26,296 nucleotides of DNA from a virus (taxonomy: Duplodnaviria > Caudoviricetes). A program made the position numbers and the translations under genes. Every line of letters begins with the position of its first letter. Positions within the stretch are counted from its first letter, which is position 1. Below are positions 9,674 to 17,555 of this stretch, in pieces. Where the stretch lies: positions 1 through 26,296 of IMG/VR virus record IMGVR_UViG_3300009602_000075. The stretch is one strand, 5' to 3'. The notes beneath the pieces are model-generated. The model was not told the origin of the DNA. It did no database searches and saw only the letters and a program-made list of their open reading frames with translations.

Positions 9674-10342
9674 ATGGCAGAGCTTAACGCATCTGAGTCC
9701 CCACCGGGTAACGAAGATTCAGCAAGCAACGAAATAGAAACTGGACAAGCTGTAGAGACAACTGCGTCCCCGGCCTATACCGAGGATCAGTTTAAGGGTC
9801 TTCAGTCATCGCTTTCAAAGCAGATCAATGAGGCGAATCAACGCGCCCACTCTGCGGAGCAAGCGGCTGACGCTGCCCGTAAGCAAGCCTTTCAAACGGC
9901 TCTTGCGAACGTTGAAGACCCGGCTGAGCAAAGCCGATTGCAGTCGGAATACTCGCAGCAGGATGCTGCGAAACGTGTTGCCGCTGCGGAAGCTAAAGCT
10001 GACGCTGCTACGGCTCTGGCAGAAGGAGCAGGAAAGCATCTAGCCGCACAAGAACTTGCCGCTAAGTATGGCGTCCCTGCCGACGTGTTACAGGGGTCCA
10101 CATCTATGGAATCAATGGAAACAACCGCGAAATTATTTCGCGACTCAGTTCAACGAGAAGTCCACGCAAATGCGAATAGTGGCGATACGTCCTCAGTAAA
10201 TACAGATGGTCCCGGCGCCCCCGCTGTTGATAGCGGAACAGGTGGCGGTGGTGCAGGTGTCTCTGATAACAGTGATATTGCACATACCGGAAAAGTTGCT
10301 GAAGGACTTAAACGCGCTCGCGCTGCGATGGGATCTCGTTAA
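9674..10342 (+). CDS. capsid scaffolding protein
   Basis: Acidic disordered N-terminus, Ala/Gln coiled coil, ELAAKYGVP..L motif and a short basic C-terminal helix, directly upstream of the capsid gene. Start moved to ATG 9674 because GGAG lies at 9664-9667 (alternative start 9662). Confidence 0.75.
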   Translation: MAELNASESPPGNEDSASNEIETGQAVETTASPAYTEDQFKGLQSSLSKQINEANQRAHSAEQAADAARKQAFQTALANVEDPAEQSRLQSEYSQQDAAKRVAAAEAKADAATALAEGAGKHLAAQELAAKYGVPADVLQGSTSMESMETTAKLFRDSVQREVHANANSGDTSSVNTDGPGAPAVDSGTGGGGAGVSDNSDIAHTGKVAEGLKRARAAMGSR

Positions 10343-10357
10343 AGGATACAATAACCT

Positions 10358-11488
10358 ATGGCTGGTGTACGAGGTGCGAGAGATACTCTAACTGATACTA
10401 CCGTCCAACGACGGCAAGTTGAAGATCAGATTGTCAACTTCTCGCCAAAAGCCGTTCCATTCTTGAAAAGAATTGGATTTAACGGCGAAACCGTCTCCAA
10501 CCCAAAGTACGAGTGGCACGAAGATGAATTGTTTGCGTTAACCGCAGCGGTTCACGGTTCCACGGTCATGACTGACGGCGCTCACACTACTGTGACGCTG
10601 GCAGCTAATGATGCGTACAACTTTAGGGTTGGCGATATTCTTCTAGTTGAGGATGAACAGATTCGTGTGACTGCTATCGCGTCGGACAACTCCCTTACGA
10701 TTACTCGTGGATGGGGTTCAACGTCGGGTGCATCTCACGCTGCTGGCACGACAATTAGTAGAATTTCACAAGCGTATGCTGAGAACACCGACTCCGTAGT
10801 CGCCGGTACTACGACTCATTCTTTCCCGTTTAATTACGCGCAGATTATCGACGTGGCCTATCAGGTTTCACATCGAGCGCAGAACACGGGCGAGTATGGT
10901 CTGAGTGACCGACTTGACTACGAAGCGGAAAAGGTTCTCACCGACGCTTTCTCAATGCTTGAACGAGCGGCACTGTATGGTTCCGAGCGTGTCTTGCGAA
11001 CGTCGTCCGTACCGGGCGCGTTTGGTGGTTTGAAGACCTTCATCACAGATAACACAGACACCACGTCTGAAGCTATCACGGAGAAGAAGATTAACAACAT
11101 GTTGGCGTTAATCTTTGCGGACGTGGGGCATGAGACAATGGCAACGTGGATTGTGACAGGTCAGTGGCAGAAACGTAAGATCTCCGACTTCTATCGACCT
11201 CTGGCCCGTATGGACCGTGGTTCGCGAGAAGGTGGAATCGTTGTAGATGTCATCGACACCGATTTCGGTGAAATTGATGTCTCGATGGTCTTTAACTGCC
11301 CCACAGATCATGCGTATTTCCTCAACCCGAGTCTTATCGATTATCATTCGTTTAAGAATTCGGCGTTTTTCACAGAACCCTTGCCGGAGGACGGCGCGTA
11401 CTTTAAAGAGCATCTCTACGGCGATTACACATTAAGTTGTCGCTGGGATAAAGCTCACGGGTACATGTCTAACCTCAGCACTTCTTAA
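10358..11488 (+). CDS. major capsid protein (HK97 fold, DUF5309/SU10-like)
   Basis: Characteristic motifs I..FSP..VPFL, KYEWHEDEL, NYAQI, LERAALYG, GGLKTFI, DTDFG.I, L.GDYTL....KAHG. Follows the scaffold. Confidence 0.85.
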   Translation: MAGVRGARDTLTDTTVQRRQVEDQIVNFSPKAVPFLKRIGFNGETVSNPKYEWHEDELFALTAAVHGSTVMTDGAHTTVTLAANDAYNFRVGDILLVEDEQIRVTAIASDNSLTITRGWGSTSGASHAAGTTISRISQAYAENTDSVVAGTTTHSFPFNYAQIIDVAYQVSHRAQNTGEYGLSDRLDYEAEKVLTDAFSMLERAALYGSERVLRTSSVPGAFGGLKTFITDNTDTTSEAITEKKINNMLALIFADVGHETMATWIVTGQWQKRKISDFYRPLARMDRGSREGGIVVDVIDTDFGEIDVSMVFNCPTDHAYFLNPSLIDYHSFKNSAFFTEPLPEDGAYFKEHLYGDYTLSCRWDKAHGYMSNLSTS

Positions 11489-11499
11489 GGAGGTATTAA

Positions 11500-11949
11500 A
11501 TGCCATCTACGGATGCAGTTGAATATCTCGCCGGAGGTGAGCCGGGTGCGTTTGGAGGTGGTCAGAAGGATTTCGCGTTTGCTCAGAACTTGCAGGTTCA
11601 ACGTCTTAAGGTTACGGCCAAGACCGCGAGCTACAGTCTGACTGTCGCGGATTCCGGTGGCCTGTTCACAACGACCGGAGCTTCGGGTGCTGTAACATTC
11701 ACTCTTCCAGCAGTTTCGGACAATTCTGGGATTAATTATTGGATTTTCAACACTGTTGATCAGAATATAATTATTACCGGCCCTGCCGATACACTTGTTG
11801 TGAAGAACGATGCGGCGGCTGATTCTTTGACGCATAGTACGTCAAATGAAAAAATCGGCCAAAGCTTCTTTATCGTTGGCGATGATTCTAAATGGTTAGT
11901 TTTCAACATCGCTTTCGCTGCTGCGACGACACCAACGATTGCTACGTAA
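11500..11949 (+). CDS. putative capsid decoration/cement protein
   Basis: Strong SD (aaggagg). Thr/Ala-rich beta-sandwich pattern (LTVADSG..TFTLP..G..Y). Located between the capsid gene and the terminator. Confidence 0.6.
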   Translation: MPSTDAVEYLAGGEPGAFGGGQKDFAFAQNLQVQRLKVTAKTASYSLTVADSGGLFTTTGASGAVTFTLPAVSDNSGINYWIFNTVDQNIIITGPADTLVVKNDAAADSLTHSTSNEKIGQSFFIVGDDSKWLVFNIAFAAATTPTIAT

Positions 11950-11956
11950 GTAGTTT

Positions 11957-11992
11957 TAGCGGGTGGGGGAAAACCCCCACCCCCTATTTATA
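11957..11992 (+). terminator. intrinsic terminator after head genes (probably leaky)
   Basis: Perfect 9-bp stem gggtggggg-aaaa-cccccaccc (11961-11982), extended by tag/cta, followed by a short tttata tail. Confidence 0.7.
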
Positions 11993-12002
11993 GGAGGGCT
12001 TC

Positions 12003-13223
12003 ATGCGAGACTCAGTTTTCTATGCCGTTCCAATGACGCACTCGGTTTTTTCCCGGTGGGTGTATGGATTCTTACAATTTTTAACTCACTCGTGGCGCGA
12101 GGGCGATCTACTGGGATATCGTCCACCAACGATTGTTCACATCGCACGTCAGGATCTTGTGGATCAATTCCTGAAATCGGACTGTCAATGGCTGTTTTGG
12201 GTCGATGATGATGTCGTTCCACCCAAAGATGCGCTCTGGCAATTGCTCGCACATGACGAGAAGGTCGTGAACGGCCTTGTACCGTTCAAGGAGCCGCCTT
12301 ATAACCCGAACTGGTATCTGAACCCTATTTACGACAAATCGCGAGATTCGTGGACGTACGAGGGGTTTTTTAATCCCCCAAGTGATCGATTAGTCGAAAT
12401 TCATAGCGCGGGGCTTGCGTGTAGTCTTATTCATCGCGAAGTACTTGAAAAAATGGAATATCCACACTTCACATTAGATGCTGCCGCTGAAGACCACAGT
12501 TTTTGGCGTAAGGTACGCGATGCCGGGTATACGATGTATGGAGATCCCGCTGTTCAATGTGTTCATATGGGTATTGATGGCGTATCGGCGGGACATTGGC
12601 TCGCGTATCAGGAGATGTATCGTCAAAGCCCCTTCGCTATTAGTGGCCCGGATCTTCTAAAGGAGTACAATGCACTTACTAAACGGGATTATACGCTGGC
12701 TGTTCGAGCGTATCAACCGGAAGACTGGACCGAAGACACCGGCGTTGTCCACTACTTATCACGTGACGCAAACATGGGATTCGCAGAATTTATCGCTCGA
12801 TTGGGTGAAGTGGATGAAAAATTCGTCCTGATTTGGGGCGATCCGCTGGGAACCATAGCACAGGGGATGCGAGAAAGTAATACGATTACGATTGTGGAAG
12901 ATCCGCAGGTTGATCCAAAATTCGCAGAACAACGATCAAATGTAAAAACACTACCCGGATTACCTGACGGTATGGAGTTTGATGTTATTATTGTGCTTGA
13001 GGAATTTGCCAAGACCGACGCCAATACGCTAGACTCGCAAATTCGAAAGGTATCACACGCGCTAAAGCCCGGTGGTGTGGTATACTTTAACATGCATAAT
13101 AAGAGTCATCATGCCCCGAATTGGAACGAGCATCCTGATCTTCCGAACAGGTTAAAAGCTCAGGGATTAGAAATGACTCACTTCGGAGGAAGTGAACTCT
13201 CCATTGCAATGAGGAAACCATGA
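12003..13223 (+). CDS. GT2/GT-A glycosyltransferase fused to a class I SAM-methyltransferase-like domain
   Basis: N-terminal half: ARQDLV..FL, WLFWVDDD (DxD), AGLACSLIHREVLEKM, AEDHSF, DP.VQCVH. C-terminal half: VLIWGDPLG (degenerate motif I), FDVII, ALKPGGVVYF. SD ggagg. Confidence 0.8.
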   Translation: MRDSVFYAVPMTHSVFSRWVYGFLQFLTHSWREGDLLGYRPPTIVHIARQDLVDQFLKSDCQWLFWVDDDVVPPKDALWQLLAHDEKVVNGLVPFKEPPYNPNWYLNPIYDKSRDSWTYEGFFNPPSDRLVEIHSAGLACSLIHREVLEKMEYPHFTLDAAAEDHSFWRKVRDAGYTMYGDPAVQCVHMGIDGVSAGHWLAYQEMYRQSPFAISGPDLLKEYNALTKRDYTLAVRAYQPEDWTEDTGVVHYLSRDANMGFAEFIARLGEVDEKFVLIWGDPLGTIAQGMRESNTITIVEDPQVDPKFAEQRSNVKTLPGLPDGMEFDVIIVLEEFAKTDANTLDSQIRKVSHALKPGGVVYFNMHNKSHHAPNWNEHPDLPNRLKAQGLEMTHFGGSELSIAMRKP

Positions 13224-13747
13224 GTGCAGGATACGGTCCTTTGTACTTCCATCGTAATAAAGCGACTGGGATTACAGCAGATAATGTACAACTTATAGTA
13301 GATGTTAGCGATACAACAACGTATCCCCACGATGCGACGGGCGGTGTAGCTTTATATGCGCTTAAGTTCCGTGTTAAGGGTACAGCCGGGAGCGCAGGAG
13401 ATGCTACCCTGCAAATTGGTGTAGTTGAAGAGGCTGATGCCACGGACGGTACGTTTGCTATTATTGCTGAATCCGATCTTATCGCGTATAATGAAGAATA
13501 TGAATCCGCATGGATTGAGTTTCCCGACGGAATAGATCTTCGTATCGTAAGTGGCGCGTTAACACTGGCCCGAGCGCCTGTGTCTGGAAATCACACGATT
13601 CTTCAGACTGATGCTGGTGATGTTGTGGATTCAGAGCGAGCCACGAACAAGAGCGCGGGAGCCGGAGACTTGATTGTTCTTCTTGATGAAGGCACCAATG
13701 GCGGGACGTATGAGTACGAAGCGATGGCTGTCTGGCGAGAACTTTAG
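13220..13747 (+). CDS. hypothetical structural protein (acidic beta-sandwich)
   Basis: 175 aa, ATGA overlap with the GT gene, rich in Gly/Ala/Thr/Asp with beta-strand patterning. Confidence 0.6.
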   Translation: MSAGYGPLYFHRNKATGITADNVQLIVDVSDTTTYPHDATGGVALYALKFRVKGTAGSAGDATLQIGVVEEADATDGTFAIIAESDLIAYNEEYESAWIEFPDGIDLRIVSGALTLARAPVSGNHTILQTDAGDVVDSERATNKSAGAGDLIVLLDEGTNGGTYEYEAMAVWREL

Positions 13748-13750
13748 ACG

Positions 13751-13924
13751 ATGGCTACCCCGTGTAGTACGTGGAAGAACGTGAAGGATGCTGGTTGGGA
13801 CTGGGGGAACATTAAAGGTCTCAGTATGTCATGGGCTGGATTAATGGCACATTTTTGTCCTTCGGGTTCCATTCATAGAGCACCGTCTCGGAGTTTCCGG
13901 CATGTAGCTATGCGGAGGCATTAA
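13751..13924 (+). CDS. 57-aa Trp-repeat protein (absent from the ORF track)
   Basis: Translated by hand: MATPCSTWKNVKDAGWDWGNIKGLSMSWAGLMAHFCPSGSIHRAPSRSFRHVAMRRH. It exactly fills the gap and is TAATG-coupled to the next gene. Confidence 0.65.
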   Translation: MATPCSTWKNVKDAGWDWGNIKGLSMSWAGLMAHFCPSGSIHRAPSRSFRHVAMRRH

Positions 13925-14247
13925 TGCCTTTTGATCTTCATCACGCTTCAAATTCTCCGGTTCAGCAAACAGATAACGAAGAAATTGACTACACGATTGA
14001 TTTCTCGGCTGTCTTGGGTACAGGTATTACGGTCTCAAGTGCAGTACAGAAGGTTTATGATCTCACCGAGCGTGAGAAGGATTTTACATCGACTGCTTCT
14101 TCAGGTAGTGTATCGGTATCTTCACCTAGCTGCACCTGCGAAGTTAAAAGTCTCGAACGAGGGCACAATTACCGATTAGAGGTTCTGGCTACGTTCTCGG
14201 ATGGAGACAAAGTGTTGGCGTATATTATCATTGAGTGTGTGCTGTAA
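13924..14247 (+). CDS. small Ig-like fibre/tail adaptor-type structural protein
   Basis: Pattern E.IDYTIDF...L..G.TVSS....G..YRL......S.G seen in small phage structural adaptor proteins; upstream ggagg. Confidence 0.55.
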   Translation: MPFDLHHASNSPVQQTDNEEIDYTIDFSAVLGTGITVSSAVQKVYDLTEREKDFTSTASSGSVSVSSPSCTCEVKSLERGHNYRLEVLATFSDGDKVLAYIIIECVL

Positions 14248-15323
14248 TGGCTGCTGCATCCACAGATAGTCGAAGAACGGTACGTCAGAAATTACTGACA
14301 TATCTTCGTATCGGGGAAACAAGCACAGCGACATCGATTGGGGGTGATGCGGAGGAAGTTAATGACACGTCACGAATCGAAGATGAAGATTACTGGATTG
14401 GCGGACAGATTCACATCACATCGGGATCGTTGGAGGGTAGCACTTCTTTTGTTCGGCATAATCATCCTACTAACGGCGAAATGCACGTGTATCCGGCGTT
14501 TGGTGGTACCCCCGCTAGTGGCATTACGTATGAGATATACCGACCAAGTACGTGGAATAAAGCAGAACTTGACGAAGCGATTACAGCGGCTGTAGACTGG
14601 GCGCGAGAGCGATTCCTTATTCCGCATTCTGTAGATAGTATTGACCTTGCGGCTGCAACCTACGAATATGATCTTCCCTTCCTAGAAATTGTTGCGGCTA
14701 CAGCGACGAGCGGTTCGACAACAACGATTCTTGATACCTCCGGTGATTTAACGCAAGCTGATGATCACTGGAACGGATCGCATATAATTATTACGGCTGA
14801 CACTGGAGTTGCGGGGAATGTTGGTGAAGTTCGTATTATTAAAGATTTCGATGCCTCTACGGACACCCTTACGCTTGATCACGCGCTTCCCGGAGTCGCC
14901 TCCTCGGGTACAACCTATCGACTGATTAAGTACCCATTCTCGTATATTCATACGGTTGAGTATCAAGACACGACTAATCAATGGGTTCCACTTAACGCTT
15001 TTAACAATGAAGATGCGTGGTTAGTGGTTCCGGGTTTATACCCAAGGCTTCGAATCGCTTCAGGGTTGGGTATTTCTGGACAGCCCTTAATGATTTATGG
15101 CTATCGGTATGCGGGTAAGATTAGCGTTGAACGCGATCTTGTTGAAGTCCCGTTTAGTGTCATTGCCCCCTATGTAGAATATTATCTCCGTACGATGCGA
15201 GCTAGAGTTGGGGATCGATCTGATCCACTTGAAGATCGTCGCAGGGCACGCGAAGCGCTTGAAGAAGCAGAAATTCGCCTTGAGCAGCAAATGGTGTTGC
15301 CTAGCGGCGCTATTGCCCAGTAA
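14247..15323 (+). CDS. head-tail adaptor-like protein with two inserted beta domains
   Basis: Start set to the TAATG-coupled ATG 14247. Helical N-terminus, ELDEAITAA, TYEYDLP and a C-terminal helix are typical of podovirus adaptors; contains an internal duplication. Confidence 0.6.
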   Translation: MAAASTDSRRTVRQKLLTYLRIGETSTATSIGGDAEEVNDTSRIEDEDYWIGGQIHITSGSLEGSTSFVRHNHPTNGEMHVYPAFGGTPASGITYEIYRPSTWNKAELDEAITAAVDWARERFLIPHSVDSIDLAAATYEYDLPFLEIVAATATSGSTTTILDTSGDLTQADDHWNGSHIIITADTGVAGNVGEVRIIKDFDASTDTLTLDHALPGVASSGTTYRLIKYPFSYIHTVEYQDTTNQWVPLNAFNNEDAWLVVPGLYPRLRIASGLGISGQPLMIYGYRYAGKISVERDLVEVPFSVIAPYVEYYLRTMRARVGDRSDPLEDRRRAREALEEAEIRLEQQMVLPSGAIAQ

Positions 15324-17095
15324 TGGAAGTCTTGCTTGAGAATGAACGGGTTACCATTCAAGGTCCGTTACTAGAACAGCCCCAAACGCCATTCGGAGCT
15401 ATTTTCGGATCAGGCGAGCAGAAACGTTCCGATCTCTCCCTTGCGCGACATTACGCATTTGAAGGTTTTAGTGGGGGTCTCGGGATCGAACGTGTAGTTG
15501 AACAGCTTGGACAGAGTGATCGTTTTGCTGATCAGGACGGCATTAATACGATCAAAGGCTCTGAATTTATGCTGGAGACTGAGCAACAAGCGGCTGTAGT
15601 CCTTGCTGCTGGCATAACGCCAACAAGTATCGCTATGGAGTTCAGTGGAGCTTTACTTGTTGCCGGGAGTGACAATAAAGTCTATCGATACTCCGGTGGC
15701 GCATTTACGGCTGTCGATACACCTCCAGCCGCTCCAACGGACATGATTATATACGAGCAAGGCGCTACTGTGTATGCTGTTGTCGCCTATACCTCCGGTT
15801 TCATGTATTCCTCAAACGGGACATCATGGACAGACGTGGCTGATGACGCGACGTTTTTTGCGGTTTTTGATAATAAATTGATCATATATGACGACGTTGG
15901 ACAGCAGATCCGCAGCACAGCGAGTATTACTTCTCCTTCATTTACGAATGTTGTAACGAATACGCAGGGTTCTGCTAGGGCGATGACGATCTTTAGAGAT
16001 CAAGAAGGTCAGCCCAGTATTTGGTATGCGACGGAATTGGGTTTATTCCAGATTGATTATGCAAACTCTCGGTCTCATTTTATTTATGATTACACTTCAA
16101 CCCCGTATGCTAATAACGGTAAGCATATGATTGAATACAATGGGCAGCTTCATTTCCCGATGGGGCAAGAATTGCTGGCTATCTCGCCTCAAGGTTCCGT
16201 GATCTCAACGGGTCCAGACCGGGGTGATGGCATTATCAATGCGAATCACGGTGATCGCATTACGAATATCATTACGCTCCAGAATTTCCTCGTGATCTGT
16301 AATACGAACGGATCAGATTTATCTGCCATTTTAATTAATCCCGGTGCGGGGTGGCATGTTCACGCCGCAGGAAATGCGGGTGGAGATTTTTTACTGCATG
16401 AAACGACCACAGGTTCGCGTCCTCGATTATGGTTTGCGAATGGGAGCGGCGCACCAAAATACCAAGAATTTAATGACCAATCTGAACGTAAAATTCCATT
16501 TAATGGGCAGACATTTGAAGCGAGTGGGACACTGGTTACTCCGTGGATTACGCTTGGATTTCCTGAATTTCCAAAGACTATTTTCTCTATAGTTATTTCG
16601 GGACGAGATTTTACTGATGATGAGTATATGCTGGTTGAATATCAAAGTGATTATAGAGATGAAGAACAGGAATGGTCTACATTAGGGCGTACTAATGGGA
16701 TTGATACACGACATGAAATGTTTTTTGATGGTGGGGCCGGACTACAGGTTACGTCATGTCGATTACGAATTACTGCGTATCGAGGATCTATTAAATCCAA
16801 ATCTCCGATAGGTGATGCTATAATATTAAAGTACTTGCCACAACCGGAAGACAGGTTGAGTTGGATATTAACGATTCCATTGTATCGAGATTCATTAACA
16901 GGTAAAAATGCCTCGCAAACTATCGCGTGGCTCCGAGCGCTCAAGGCGTCGTCGCGAGAGCGTAACATCAAGTTCACGCCGGGGCCGTCGAAGTCGGAAG
17001 ACGGCGAGTTTTTCGTCCAAATTACCAACGGACCAATCATTTCGCGTTCCGAATCAGCCGGGACCGCAAATATTACTCTCGCGGTCCCGATCTAA
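15323..17095 (+). CDS. tail nozzle / tail tubular B-like protein (beta-propeller-rich)
   Basis: 590 aa. FSGG near the N-terminus, repeated propeller-like strands, LVTPWITLG.PE.PK in the C-terminal part; follows the adaptor. Confidence 0.6.
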   Translation: MEVLLENERVTIQGPLLEQPQTPFGAIFGSGEQKRSDLSLARHYAFEGFSGGLGIERVVEQLGQSDRFADQDGINTIKGSEFMLETEQQAAVVLAAGITPTSIAMEFSGALLVAGSDNKVYRYSGGAFTAVDTPPAAPTDMIIYEQGATVYAVVAYTSGFMYSSNGTSWTDVADDATFFAVFDNKLIIYDDVGQQIRSTASITSPSFTNVVTNTQGSARAMTIFRDQEGQPSIWYATELGLFQIDYANSRSHFIYDYTSTPYANNGKHMIEYNGQLHFPMGQELLAISPQGSVISTGPDRGDGIINANHGDRITNIITLQNFLVICNTNGSDLSAILINPGAGWHVHAAGNAGGDFLLHETTTGSRPRLWFANGSGAPKYQEFNDQSERKIPFNGQTFEASGTLVTPWITLGFPEFPKTIFSIVISGRDFTDDEYMLVEYQSDYRDEEQEWSTLGRTNGIDTRHEMFFDGGAGLQVTSCRLRITAYRGSIKSKSPIGDAIILKYLPQPEDRLSWILTIPLYRDSLTGKNASQTIAWLRALKASSRERNIKFTPGPSKSEDGEFFVQITNGPIISRSESAGTANITLAVPI

Positions 17096-17555
17096 ACTTA
17101 CCAAGGTTCGTAAGCTTCCACGAAAATTCACGCTACGACGAAGAGGATTCTTCAGGAAATTTAATAAAGATGAATACTGGCATCCACCATCATATTTTGT
17201 TGGAACAATACCGGAGTGGCAGGTATACTTATGGTTAACACGCAAAAGAATACGGGGTTGGGAGTTTCAAAGCAGTATAATGGGGGGACGATTACAACTG
17301 GGTGGTATAGTTGCAGACTTTCTCTTCTCGCCGCCGGATTGGAACCCGTCAATGGTATGGCGTGTACAGGGTGAATATTTCCATCTCGCGACCTCAGAAA
17401 AGCAGGTTCATGACTTGTTACAACGAATAAAATTGGAGGATAAAGGATTTGAAGTTGTAGATATTTTGGCCCACGATGTACTTACAAATCGTGATGCTGC
17501 GCTGACGGCAGCGTTAGCAGGTCAACAAATTAAAGCAACGGCGATCCAAATCTAA
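16908..17555 (+). CDS. DUF559/Vsr-like restriction-endonuclease-fold protein with an Arg-rich N-terminus (possibly inactive)
   Basis: Motifs TIPEWQVY.WL, EFQ, VADFL, VWRVQGEYFH, HD...R..LEDKGFEVVDI. The only in-frame ATG/GTG/TTG before the domain is 16908, preceded by aggt. TAATG-coupled to the fibre gene. Confidence 0.65.
   Translation: MPRKLSRGSERSRRRRESVTSSSRRGRRSRKTASFSSKLPTDQSFRVPNQPGPQILLSRSRSKLTKVRKLPRKFTLRRRGFFRKFNKDEYWHPPSYFVGTIPEWQVYLWLTRKRIRGWEFQSSIMGGRLQLGGIVADFLFSPPDWNPSMVWRVQGEYFHLATSEKQVHDLLQRIKLEDKGFEVVDILAHDVLTNRDAALTAALAGQQIKATAIQI

Noticed and set aside
11963-12208. 81-aa ORF starting in the hairpin upstream of the GT gene
   Set aside because: It begins inside the terminator stem and overlaps the GT gene, which has its own strong SD.
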